Shown piece by piece: positions 24,601 to 38,400 of a stretch of DNA of 64,000 nt. The position numbers and the translations under genes are program-made. Source of the DNA: Auanema rhodensis (lineage: Eukaryota; Animalia; Nematoda); the NCBI GenBank assembly GCA_964057225.1, contig OZ059899.1:18228001-18292000 (forward strand), given 5' to 3'. How positions within the stretch are numbered: the stretch's first letter is position 1; each line of letters opens with the position of its first letter. The notes under the pieces are model-generated. The model was given only the letters and a program-made list of their open reading frames with translations, was not told the DNA's origin and did not search any database.

Positions 24601-26340
24601 AGCTGCGTCGATCTATGTTATCAGATTTGCGCTATCTTTAAAATGCACCGATATATCAACTGATATAAGTTCACACTTATATCCTCGATTTTCACCCTGA
24701 AGAATTAATTTTTTTGTTGAATAACAATGTCCATCGTCTTCGCCTTAAAAAAAAAATCTAAAAACATCTACTTTTCGTGAAATTATTTTGAAATTTTTAC
24801 GGAAAATTTTTGTCAAAATGTTTTTGGAAGCAATGTTGAGTGTACATGGAAACTCAACATACACTAATGCATCATTTTTCAAACGATCATAACTAATTTT
24901 TGTATTGAGGGTTTCTCAATGTAGTATAGTGCATTCGATGCGGATTTTTAAGCTGCGTCGATCTATGTTATCAGATTTGCGCTATCTTTAAAATGCACCG
25001 AGATATCAACTGTTATAAGTTCACACTTATATCCTCGATTTTCACCCTGAAGAATTAATTTTTTTGTTGAATAACATTGTCCATCGTCTTCGCCTTTAAA
25101 AACAGAATCTAAAAACATCTACTTTTTGTGAAATTATTTTGAAATTTTTAGGGAAAATTTTTGTCAAAATGTTTTTGGAAGCAATGTTGAGTGTACATGG
25201 AAACTCAACATACACTAATGCATCATTTTTCAAACGATCATAACTAATTTTTGTATTGAGCGTTTCTCAATGTAGTATAGTGCATTCGATGCGGATTTTT
25301 AAGCTGCGTCGATCTGTGTTATCAGATTTGCGCTAGCTTAAAAATGCACCGAGATATCAACTGAAATAAGTTAACACATATATCCTCGATTTTCACCCTG
25401 AAGAATTAATTTTTTTGTTGAATAACATTGTCCATCGTCTTCGCCTTTAAAAACAGAATCTAAAAACATCTACTTTTTGTGAAATTATTTTGAAATTTTT
25501 AGGGAAAATTTTTGTCAAAATGTTTTTGGAAGCAATGTTGAGTTTACATGGAAACTCAACATACACTAATGCATCATTTTTCAAACGATCATAACTAATT
25601 TTTGTATTGAGCGTTTCTCAATGTAGTATAGTGCATTCGATGCGGATTTTTAAGCTGCGTCGATCTATGTTATCAGATTTGCGCTATCTTTAAAATGCAC
25701 CGATATATCAACTGATATAAGTTCACACTTATATCCTCGATTTTCACCCTGAAGAATTATTTTTTTCGTTGAATAACATTGTCCATCGTCTTCGCCTTGA
25801 AAAAAGAAATCTAAAAACATCTACTCTTTGTGAAATTATTTTGAAATTTTTAGGGAAAATTTTTGTCAAAAAGTTTTTGGAAGCAATGTTGAGTGTACAT
25901 GGAAACTCAACATACACTAATGCATCATTTTTCAAACGATCATAACTAATTTGTGTAGTATAGTGCATTCGATGCGGATTTTTAAGCTGCGTCGATCTAT
26001 GTTATCAGATTTGCGCTATCTTTAAAATGCACCGATATATCAACTGATATAAGTTCACACTTATATCCTCGATTTTCACCCTGAAGAATTAATTTTTTTG
26101 TTGAATAACAATGTCCATCGTCTTCGCCTTAAAAAAAAAATCTAAAAACATCTACTTTTCGTGAAATTATTTTGAAATTTTTACGGAAAATTTTTGTCAA
26201 AATGTTTTTGGAAGCAATGTTGAGTGTACATGGAAACTCAACATACACTAATGCATCATTTTTCAAACGATCATAACTAATTTTTGTATCGAGCGTTTCT
26301 CAATGTAGTATAGTGCATTCGATGCGGATTTTTAAGCTGC
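18650..26340. repeat. 10-monomer higher-order repeat, period 3468 bp (6+4 substructure), ~2.2 copies
   Basis: Deletion-variant monomers alternate at 2084 and 1384 bp spacing (~19013, 21097, 22481, 24565, 25949). ORF-track offsets 18808/22276/25744, 19839/23307 and 20892/24360 are all 3468. Confidence 0.9.
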
Positions 26341-26699
26341 GTCGATCTGTGTTATCAGATTTGCGCTAGCTTAAAAATGCACCGAGATATCAACTGATAT
26401 AAGTTCACACTTATATCCTCGATTTTCAACCTGAAGAATTAATTTCTTCGTTGAATAACAATGTCCATCGTCTTCGCCTTAAAAAAAAATCTAAAAACAT
26501 CTACTTTTTGTGAAATTATTTTGAAATTTTTAGGGAAAATTTTTGTCAAAAAGTTTTTGGAAGCAATGTTGAGTGTACATGGAAACTCAACATACACTAA
26601 TGCATCATTTTTCAAACGATCATAACTAATTTTTGTATCGAGCGTTTCTCAATGTAGTATAGTGCATTCGATGCGGATTTTTAAGCTGCGTCGATCTAT

Positions 26700-29600
26700 G
26701 TTATCAGATTTGCGCTAGCTTAAAAATACACCGAGATATCAACTGATATAAGTTCACACATATATCCTCGATTTTCACCCTGAAGAATTAATTTTTTTTT
26801 GTTGAATAACATTGTCCATCGTCTTCGCCTTGAAAAAAGAAATCTAAAAACATCTACTCTTTGTGAAATTATTTTGAAATTTTCAGGGAAAATTTTTGTC
26901 AAAAAGTTTTTGGAAGCAATGTTGAGTGTACATGGAAACTCAACATACACTAATGCATCATTTTTCAAACGATCATAACTAATTTTTGTATTGAGGGTTT
27001 CTCAATGTAGTATAGTGCATTCGATGCGGATTTTTAAGCTGCGTCGATCTATGTTATCAGATTTGCGCTATCTTTAAAATGCACCGAGATATCAACTGTT
27101 ATAAGTTCACACTTATATCCTCGATTTTCACCCTGAAGAATTAATTTTTTTGTTGAATAACATTGTCCATCGTCTTCGCCTTTAAAAACAGAATCTAAAA
27201 ACATCTACTTTTTGTGAAATTATTTTGAAATTTTTAGGGAAAATTTTTGTCAAAATGTTTTTGGAAGCAATGTTGAGTGTACATGGAAACTCAACATACA
27301 CTAATGCATCATTTTTCAAACGATCATAACTAATTTTTGTATTGAGCGTTTCTCAATGTAGTATAGTGCATTCGATGCGGATTTTTAAGCTGCGTCGATC
27401 TGTGTTATCAGATTTGCGCTAGCTTAAAAATGCACCGAGATATCAACTGAAATAAGTTAACACATATATCCTCGATTTTCACCCTGAAGAATTAATTTTT
27501 TTGTTGAATAACATTGTCCATCGTCTTTGCCTTTAAAAACAGAATCTAAAAACATCTACTTTTTGTGAAATTATTTTGAAATTTTTAGGGAAAATTTTTG
27601 TCAAAATGTTTTTGGAAGCAATGTTGAGTGTACATGGAAACTCAACATACACTAATGCATCATTTTTCAAACGATCATAACTAATTTTTGTATTAAGCGT
27701 TTCTCAATGTAGTATAGTGCATTCGATGCGGATTTTTAAGCTGCGTCGATCTATGTTATCAGATTTGCGCTAGCTTAAAAATACACCGAGATATCAACTG
27801 ATATAAGTTCACACATATATCCTCGATTTTCACCCTGAAGAATTAATTTTTTTTTGTTGAATAACATTGTCCATCGTCTTCGCCTTGAAAAAAGAAATCT
27901 AAAAACATCTACTCTTTGTGAAATTATTTTGAAATTTTCAGGGAAAATTTTTGTCAAAAAGTTTTTGGAAGCAATGTTGAGTGTACATGGAAACTCAACA
28001 TACACTAATGCATCATTTTTCAAACGATCATAACTAATTTTTGTATTGAGGGTTTCTCAATGTAGTATAGTGCATTCGATGCGGATTTTTAAGCTGCGTC
28101 GATCTATGTTATCAGATTTGCGCTATCTTTAAAATGCACCGAGATATCAACTGTTATAAGTTCACACTTATATCCTCGATTTTCACCCTGAAGAATTAAT
28201 TTTTTTGTTGAATAACATTGTCCATCGTCTTCGCCTTTAAAAACAGAATCTAAAAACATCTACTTTTTGTGAAATTATTTTGAAATTTTTAGGGAAAATT
28301 TTTGTCAAAATGTTTTTGGAAGCAATGTTGAGTGTACATGGAAACTCAACATACACTAATGCATCATTTTTCAAACGATCATAACTAATTTTTGTATTGA
28401 GCGTTTCTCAATGTAGTATAGTGCATTCGATGCGGATTTTTAAGCTGCGTCGATCTGTGTTATCAGATTCGCGCTAGCTTAAAAATGCACCGAGATATCA
28501 ACTGAAATAAGTTAACACATATATCCTCGATTTTCACCCTGAAGAATTAATTTTTTTGTTGAATAACATTGTCCATCGTCTTTGCCTTTAAAAACAGAAT
28601 CTAAAAACATCTACTTTTTGTGAAATTATTTTGAAATTTTTAGGGAAAATTTTTGTCAAAATGTTTTTGGAAGCAATGTTGAGTGTACATGGAAACTCAA
28701 CATACACTAATGCATCATTTTTCAAACGATCATAACTAATTTTTGTATTGAGGGTTTCTCAATGTAGTATAGTGCATTCGATGCGGATTTTTAAGCTGCG
28801 TCGATCTATGTTATCAGATTTGCGCTATCTTTAAAATGCACCGAGATATCAACTGAAATAAGTTAACACATATATCCTCGATTTTCACCCTGAAGAATTA
28901 ATTTTTTTGTTGAATAACATTGTCCATCGTCTTTGCCTTTAAAAACAGAATCTAAAAACATCTACTTTTTGTGAAATTATTTTGAAATTTTTAGGGAAAA
29001 TTTTTGTCAAAATGTTTTTGGAAGCAATGTTGAGTGTACATGGAAACTCAACATACACTAATGCATCATTTTTCAAACGATCATAACTAATTTTTGTATT
29101 AAGCGTTTCTCAATGTAGTATAGTGCATTCGATGCGGATTTTTAAGCTGCGTCGATCTATGTTATCAGATTTGCGCTAGCTTAAAAATACACCGAGATAT
29201 CAACTGATATAAGTTCACACATATATCCTCGATTTTCACCCTGAAGAATTAATTTTTTTTTGTTGAATAACATTGTCCATCGTCTTCGCCTTGAAAAAAG
29301 AAATCTAAAAACATCTACTCTTTGTGAAATTATTTTGAAATTTTCAGGGAAAATTTTTGTCAAAAAGTTTTTGGAAGCAATGTTGAGTGTACATGGAAAC
29401 TCAACATACACTAATGCATCATTTTTCAAACGATCATAACTAATTTTTGTATTGAGGGTTTCTCAATGTAGTATAGTGCATTCGATGCGGATTTTTAAGC
29501 AGCGTCGATCTATGTTATCAGATTTGCGCTATCTTTAAAATGCACCGAGATATCAACTGTTATAAGTTCACACTTATATCCTCGATTTTCACCCTGAAGA

Positions 29601-30230
29601 ATTAATTTTTTTGTTGAATAACATTGTCCATCGTCTTCGCCTTTAAAAACAGAATCTAAAAACATCTACTTTTTGTGAAATTATTTTGAAATTTTTAGGG
29701 AAAATTTTTGTCAAAATGTTTTTGGAAGCAATGTTGAGTGTACATGGAAACTCAACATACACTAATGCATCATTTTTCAAACGATCATAACTAATTTTTG
29801 TATTGAGCGTTTCTCAATGTAGTATAGTGCATTCGATGCGGATTTTTAAGCTGCGTCGATCTGTGTTATCAGATTTGCGCTAGCTTAAAAATGCACCGAG
29901 ATATCAACTGAAATAAGTTAACACATATATCCTCGATTTTCACCCTGAAGAATTAATTTTTTTGTTGAATAACATTGTCCATCGTCTTTGCCTTTAAAAA
30001 CAGAATCTAAAAACATCTACTTTTTGTGAAATTATTTTGAAATTTTTAGGGAAAATTTTTGTCAAAATGTTTTTGGAAGCAATGTTGAGTGTACATGGAA
30101 ACTCAACATACACTAATGCATCATTTTTCAAACGATCATAACTAATTTTTGTATTAAGCGTTTCTCAATGTAGTATAGTGCATTCGATGCGGATTTTTAA
30201 GCTGCGTCGATCTATGTTATCAGATTTGCG
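26700..30230. repeat. 3-monomer higher-order repeat, period 1055 bp (one unit has an extra monomer, 1406 bp)
   Basis: The AAATACACC / long-T-tract monomer type recurs at ORF-track positions 26720, 27775, 29181 and 30236 (spacings 1055, 1406, 1055). Confidence 0.85.
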
Positions 30231-33200
30231 CTAGCTTAAAAATACACCGAGATATCAACTGATATAAGTTCACACATATATCCTCGATTTTCACCCTGAA
30301 GAATTAATTTTTTTTTGTTGAATAACATTGTCCATCGTCTTCGCCTTGAAAAAAGGAATCTAAAAACATCTGCTTTTTGTGAAATTATTTTGAAATTTTT
30401 AGGGAAAATTTTTGTCAAAATGTTTTTGGAAGCAATGTTGAGTGTACATGGAAACTCAACATACACTAATGCATCTTTTTTCAAACGATCATAACTAATT
30501 TTTGTATTGAGGGTTTCTCAATGTAGTATAGTGCATTCGATGCGGATTTTTAAGCTGCGTCGATCTGTGTTATCAGATTTGCGCTATCTTAAAAATGCAC
30601 CGAGATATCAACTGATATAAGTTCACACTTATATCCTCGATTTTCAACCTGAAGAATTAATTTCTTCGTTGAATAACAATGTCCATCGTCTTCGCCTTAA
30701 AAAAAAAATCTAAAAACATCTACTTTTTGTGAAATTATTTTGAAATTTTTAGGGAAAATTTTTGTCAAAAAGTTTTTGGAAGCAATGTTGAGTGTACATG
30801 GAAACTCAACATACACTAATGCATCATTTTTCAAACGATCATAACTAATTTTTGTATTGAGTGTTTCTCAATGTAGTATAGTGCATTCGATGCGGATTTT
30901 TAAGCTGCGTCGATCTATGTTATCAGATTTGCGCTATCTTAAAAATGCACCGATATATCAACTGATATAAGTTCACACTTATATCCTCGATTTTCAACCT
31001 GAAGAATTAATTTCTTCGTTGAATAACAATGTCCATCGTCTTCGCCTTAAAAAAAAAATCTAAAAACATCTACTTTTTGTGAAATTATTTTGAAATTTTT
31101 AGGGAAAATTTTTGTCAAAAAGTTTTTGGAAGCAATGTTGAGTGTACATGGAAACTCAACATACACTAATGCATCATTTTTCAAACGATCATAACTAATT
31201 TTTGTATTGAGTGTTTCTCAATGTAGTATAGTGCATTCGATGCGGATTTTTAAGCTGCGTCGATCTATGTTATCAGATTTGCGCTATCTTAAAAATGCAC
31301 CGATATATCAACTGATATAAGTTCACACTTATATCCTCGATTTTCACCCTGAAGAATTAATTTCTTCGTTGAATAACAATGTCCATCGTCTTCGCCTTAA
31401 AAAGAAAATCAAAAAACATCTACTTTTTGTGAAATTATTTTGAAATTTTTAGGGAAAATTTTTGTCAAAAAGTTTTTGGAAGCAATGTTGAGTGTACATG
31501 GAAACTCAACATACACTAATGCATCATTTTTCAAACGATCATAACTAATTTTTGTATTGAGCGTTTCTCAATGTAGTATAGTGCATTCGATGCGGATTTT
31601 TAAGCTGCGTCGATCTATGTTATCAGATTTGCGCTATCTTTAAAATGCACCGATATATCAACTGATATAAGTTCACACTTATATCCTCGATTTTCACCCT
31701 AAAGAATTAATTTTTTTGTTGAATAACAATGTCCATCGTCTTCGCCTTAAAAAAAAAATCTAAAAACATCTACTTTTTGTGAAATTATTTTGAAATATTT
31801 AGGGAAAATTTTTGTCAAAAAGTTTTTGGAAGCAATGTTGAGTGTACATGGAAACTCAACATACACTAATGCATCATTTTTCAAACGATCATAACTAATT
31901 TTTGTATTGAGCGTTTCTCAATGTAGTATAGTGCATTCGATGCGGATTTTTAAGCTGCGTCGATCTATGTTATCAGATTTGCGCTATCTTTAAAATGCAC
32001 CGATATATCAACTGATATAAGTTCACACTTATATCCTCGATTTTCACCCTGAAGAATTAATTTTTTTGTTGAATAACAATGTCCATCGTCTTCGCCTTAA
32101 AAAAAAAATCTAAAAACATCTACTTTTTGTGAAATTATTTCGAAATTTTTAGGGAAAATTTTTGTCAAAAAGTTTTTGGAAGCAATGTTCAGTGTACATG
32201 GAAACTCAACATACACTAATGCATCATTTTTCAAACGATCATAACTAATTTTTGTATTGAGCGTTTCTCAATGTAGTATAGTGCATTCGATGCGGATTTT
32301 TAAGCTGCGTCGATCTATGTTATCAGATTTGCGCTATCTTTAAAATGCACCGATATATCAACTGATATAAGTTCACACATATATCCTCGATTTTCACCCT
32401 GAAGAATTAATTTTTTCGTTGAATAACATTGTCCATCGTCTTCGCCTTGAAAAAAAATCTAAAAACATCTACTTTTTGTGAAATTATTTTGAAATTTTTA
32501 GGGAAAATTTTTGTCAAAAAGTTTTTGGAAGCAATGTTGAGTGTACATGGAAACTCAACATACACTAATGCATCATTTTTCAAACGATCATAACTAATTT
32601 TTGTATTGAGCGTTTCTCAATGTAGTATAGTGCATTCGATGCGGATTTTTAAGCTGCGTCGATCTGTGTTATCAGATTTGCGCTAGCTTAAAAATGCACC
32701 GAGATATCAACTGAAATAAGTTAACACATATATCCTCGATTTTCACCCTGAAGAATTAATTTTTTTGTTGAATAACATTGTCCATCGTCTTTGCCTTTAA
32801 AAACAGAATCTAAAAACATCTACTTTTTGTGAAATTATTTTGAAATTTTTAGGGAAAATTTTTGTCAAAATGTTTTTGGAAGCAATGTTGAGTGTACATG
32901 GAAACTCAACATACACTAATGCATCATTTTTCAAACGATCATAACTAATTTTTGTATTGAGCGTTTCTCAATGTAGTATAGTGCATTCGATGCGGATTTT
33001 TAAGCTGCGTCGATCTATGTTATCAGATTTGCGCTAGCTTAAAAATACACCGAGATATCAACTGATATAAGTTCACACATATATCCTCGATTTTCACCCT
33101 GAAGAATTAATTTTTTTTTGTTGAATAACATTGTCCATCGTCTTCGCCTTGAAAAAAGGAATCTAAAAACATCTGCTTTTTGTGAAATTATTTTGAAATT

Positions 33201-35400
33201 TTTAGGGAAAATTTTTGTCAAAATGTTTTTGGAAGCAATGTTGAGTGTACATGGAAACTCAACATACACTAATGCATCTTTTTTCAAACGATCATAACTA
33301 ATTTTTGTATTGAGGGTTTCTCAATGTAGTATAGTGCATTCGATGCGGATTTTTAAGCTGCGTCGATCTGTGTTATCAGATTTGCGCTATCTTAAAAATG
33401 CACCGAGATATCAACTGATATAAGTTCACACTTATATCCTCGATTTTCAACCTGAAGAATTAATTTCTTCGTTGAATAACAATGTCCATCGTCTTCGCCT
33501 TAAAAAAAAAATCTAAAAACATCTACTTTTTGTGAAATTATTTTGAAATTTTTAGGGAAAATTTTTGTCAAAAAGTTTTTGGAAGCAATGTTGAGTGTAC
33601 ATGGAAACTCAACATACACTAATGCATCATTTTTCAAACGATCATAACTAATTTTTGTATTGAGTGTTTCTCAATGTAGTATAGTGCATTCGATGCGGAT
33701 TTTTAAGCTGCGTCGATCTATGTTATCAGATTTGCGCTATCTTAAAAATGCACCGATATATCAACTGATATAAGTTCACACTTATATCCTCGATTTTCAA
33801 CCTGAAGAATTAATTTCTTCGTTGAATAACAATGTCCATCGTCTTCGCCTTAAAAAAAAAATCTAAAAACATCTACTTTTTGTGAAATTATTTTGAAATT
33901 TTTAGGGAAAATTTTTGTCAAAAAGTTTTTGGAAGCAATGTTGAGTGTACATGGAAACTCAACATACACTAATGCATCATTTTTCAAACGATCATAACTA
34001 ATTTTTGTATTGAGTGTTTCTCAATGTAGTATAGTGCATTCGATGCGGATTTTTAAGCTGCGTCGATCTATGTTATCAGATTTGCGCTATCTTAAAAATG
34101 CACCGATATATCAACTGATATAAGTTCACACTTATATCCTCGATTTTCACCCTGAAGAATTAATTTCTTCGTTGAATAACAATGTCCATCGTCTTCGCCT
34201 TAAAAAGAAAATCAAAAAACATCTACTTTTTGTGAAATTATTTTGAAATTTTTAGGGAAAATTTTTGTCAAAAAGTTTTTGGAAGCAATGTTGAGTGTAC
34301 ATGGAAACTCAACATACACTAATGCATCATTTTTCAAACGATCATAACTAATTTTTGTATTGAGCGTTTCTCAATGTAGTATAGTGCATTCGATGCGGAT
34401 TTTTAAGCTGCGTCGATCTATGTTATCAGATTTGCGCTATCTTTAAAATGCACCGATATATCAACTGATATAAGTTCACACTTATATCCTCGATTTTCAC
34501 CCTAAAGAATTAATTTTTTTGTTGAATAACAATGTCCATCGTCTTCGCCTTAAAAAAAAAATCTAAAAACATCTACTTTTTGTGAAATTATTTTGAAATA
34601 TTTAGGGAAAATTTTTGTCAAAAAGTTTTTGGAAGCAATGTTGAGTGTACATGGAAACTCAACATACACTAATGCATCATTTTTCAAACGATCATAACTA
34701 ATTTTTGTATTGAGCGTTTCTCAATGTAGTATAGTGCATTCGATGCGGATTTTTAAGCTGCGTCGATCTATGTTATCAGATTTGCGCTATCTTTAAAATG
34801 CACCGATATATCAACTGATATAAGTTCACACTTATATCCTCGATTTTCACCCTGAAGAATTAATTTTTTTGTTGAATAACAATGTCCATCGTCTTCGCCT
34901 TAAAAAAAAAATCTAAAAACATCTACTTTTTGTGAAATTATTTCGAAATTTTTAGGGAAAATTTTTGTCAAAAAGTTTTTGGAAGCAATGTTCAGTGTAC
35001 ATGGAAACTCAACATACACTAATGCATCATTTTTCAAACGATCATAACTAATTTTTGTATTGAGCGTTTCTCAATGTAGTATAGTGCATTCGATGCGGAT
35101 TTTTAAGCTGCGTCGATCTATGTTATCAGATTTGCGCTATCTTTAAAATGCACCGATATATCAACTGATATAAGTTCACACATATATCCTCGATTTTCAC
35201 CCTGAAGAATTAATTTTTTCGTTGAATAACATTGTCCATCGTCTTCGCCTTGAAAAAAAATCTAAAAACATCTACTTTTTGTGAAATTATTTTGAAATTT
35301 TTAGGGAAAATTTTTGTCAAAAAGTTTTTGGAAGCAATGTTGAGTGTACATGGAAACTCAACATACACTAATGCATCATTTTTCAAACGATCATAACTAA
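29780..35400. repeat. 8-monomer tandem duplication, period 2803 bp
   Basis: Private variants recur 2803 bp apart: CATCTGCTTTT (~30370/33173), CCCTAAAGAA (AAAGAA at 31701/34504) and TTCAGTGTAC (32188/34991). Confidence 0.9.
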
Positions 35401-38400
35401 TTTGTGTAGTATAGTGCATTCGATGCGGATTTTTAAGCTGCGTCGATCTATGTTATCAGATTTGCGCTATCTTTAAAATGCACCGATATATCAACTGATA
35501 TAAGTTCACACTTATATCCTCGATTTTCACCCTGAAGAATTAATTTTTTTGTTGAATAACAATGTCCATCGTCTTCGCCTTAAAAAAAAATCTAAAAACA
35601 TCTACTTTTTGTGAAATTATTTTGAAATTTTTAGGGAAAATTTTTGTCAAAAAGTTTTTGGAAGCAATGTTGAGTGTACATGGAAACTCAACATACACTA
35701 ATGCATCATTTTTCAAACGATCATAACTAATTTTTGTATTGAGCGTTTCTCAATGTAGTATAGTGCATTCGATGCGGATTTTTAAGCTGCGTCGATCTAT
35801 GTTATCAGATTTGCGCTATCTTAAAAATGCACCGAGATATCAACTGATATAAGTTCACACTTATATCCTCGATTTTCAACCTGAAGAATTAATTTCTTCG
35901 TTGAATAACAATGTCCATCGTCTTCGCCTTAAAAAAAAAATCTAAAAACATCTACTTTTTGTGAAATTATTTTGAAATTTTTAGGGAAAATTTTTGTCAA
36001 AAAGTTTTTGGAAGCAATGTTGAGTGTACATGGAAACTCAACATACACTAATGCATCATTTTTCAAACGATCATAACTAATTTTTGTATTGAGCGTTTCT
36101 CAATGTAGTATAGTGCATTCGATGCGGATTTTTAAGCTGCGTCGATCTATGTTATCAGATTTGCGCTATCTTTAAAATGCACCGATATATCAACTGATAT
36201 AAGTTCACACTTATATCCTCGATTTTCACCCTGAAGAACTATTTTTTTCGTTGAATAACATTGTCCATTGTCTTCGCCTTGAAAAAAGAAATCTAAAAAC
36301 ATCTACTCTTTGTGAAATTATTTTGAAATTTTTAGGGAAAATTTTTGTCAAAAAGTTTTTGGAAGCAATGTTGAGTGTACATGGAAACTCAACATACACT
36401 AATGCATCATTTTTCAAACGATCATAACTAATTTGTGTAGTATAGTGCATTCGATGCGGATTTTTAAGCTGCGTCGATCTATGTTATCAGATTTGCGCTA
36501 TCTTTAAAATGCACCGATATATCAACTGATATAAGTTCACACTTATATCCTCGATTTTCACCCTGAAGAATTAATTTTTTTGTTGAATAACAATGTCCAT
36601 CGTCTTCGCCTTAAAAAAAAAATCTAAAAACATCTACTTTTTGTGAAATTATTTTGAAATTTTTACGGAAAATTTTTGTCAAAAAGTTTTTGGAAGCAAT
36701 GTTGAGTGTACATGGAAACTCAACATACACTAATGCATCATTTTTCAAACGATCATAACTAATTTTTGTATCGAGCGTTTCTCAATGTAGTATAGTGCAT
36801 TCGATGCGGATTTTTAAGCTGCGTCGATCTATGTTATCAGATTTGCGCTATCTTAAAAATGCACCGAGATATCAACTGATATAAGTTCACACTTATATCC
36901 TCGATTTTCAACCTGAAGAATTAATTTCTTCGTTGAATAACAATGTCCATCGTCTTCGCCTTAAAAAAAAATCTAAAAACATCTACTTTTTGTGAAATTA
37001 TTTTGAAATTTTTAGGGAAAATTTTTGTCAAAAAGTTTTTGGAAGCAATGTTGAGTGTACATGGAAACTCAACATACACTAATGCATCATTTTTCAAACG
37101 ATCATAACTAATTTTTGTATCGAGCGTTTCTCAATGTAGTATAGTGCATTCGATGCGGATTTTTAAGCTGCGTCGATCTATGTTATCAGATTTGCGCTAG
37201 CTTAAAAATGCACCGAGATATCAACTGATATAAGTTCACACTTATATCCTCGATTTTCAACCTGAAGAATTAATTTCTTCGTTGAATAACAATGTCCATC
37301 GTCTTCGCCTTAAAAAAAAAATCTAAAAACATCTACTTTTTGTGAAATTATTTTGAAATTTTTAGGGAAAATTTTTGTCAAAAAGTTTTTGGAAGCAATG
37401 TTGAGTGTACATGGAAACTCAACATACACTAATGCATCATTTTTCAAACGATCATAACTAATTTGTGTAGTATAGTGCATTCGATGCGGATTTTTAAGCT
37501 GCGTCGATCTATGTTATCAGATTTGCGCTATCTTTAAAATGCACCGATATATCAACTGATATAAGTTCACACTTATATCCTCGATTTTCACCCTGAAGAA
37601 TTAATTTTTTTGTTGAATAACAATGTCCATCGTCTTCGCCTTAAAAAAAAAATCTAAAAACATCTACTTTTTGTATAATTATTTTGAAATTTTTACGGAA
37701 AATTTTTGTCAAAAAGTTTTTGGAAGCAATGTTGAGTGTACATGGAAACTCAACATACACTAATGCATCATTTTTCAAACGATCATAACTAATTTTTGTA
37801 TCGAGCGTTTCTCAATGTAGTATAGTGCATTCGATGCGGATTTTTAAGCTGCGTCGATCTATGTTATCAGATTTGCGCTATCTTAAAAATGCACCGAGAT
37901 ATCAACTGATATAAGTTCACACTTATATCCTCGATTTTCACCCTGAAGAATTAATTTTTTCGTTGAATAACATTGTCCATCGTCTTCGCCTTGAAAAAAG
38001 AAATCTAAAAACATCTACTCTTTGTGAAATTATTTTGAAATTTTCAGGGAAAATTTTTGTCAAAAAGTTTTTGGAAGCAATGTTGAGTGTACATGGAAAC
38101 TCAACATACACTAATGCATCATTTTTCAAACGATCATAACTAATTTTTGTATTGAGGGTTTCTCAATGTAGTATAGTGCATTCGATGCGGATTTTTAAGC
38201 TGCGTCGATCTGTGTTATCAGATTTGCGCTAGCTTAAAAATGCACCGAGATATCAACTGATATAAGTTCACACTTATATCCTCGATTTTCAACCTGAAGA
38301 ATTAATTTCTTCGTTGAATAACAATGTCCATCGTCTTTGCCTTAAAAAAAAAATCTAAAAACATCTACTTTTTGTGAAATTATTTTGAAATTTTTAGGGA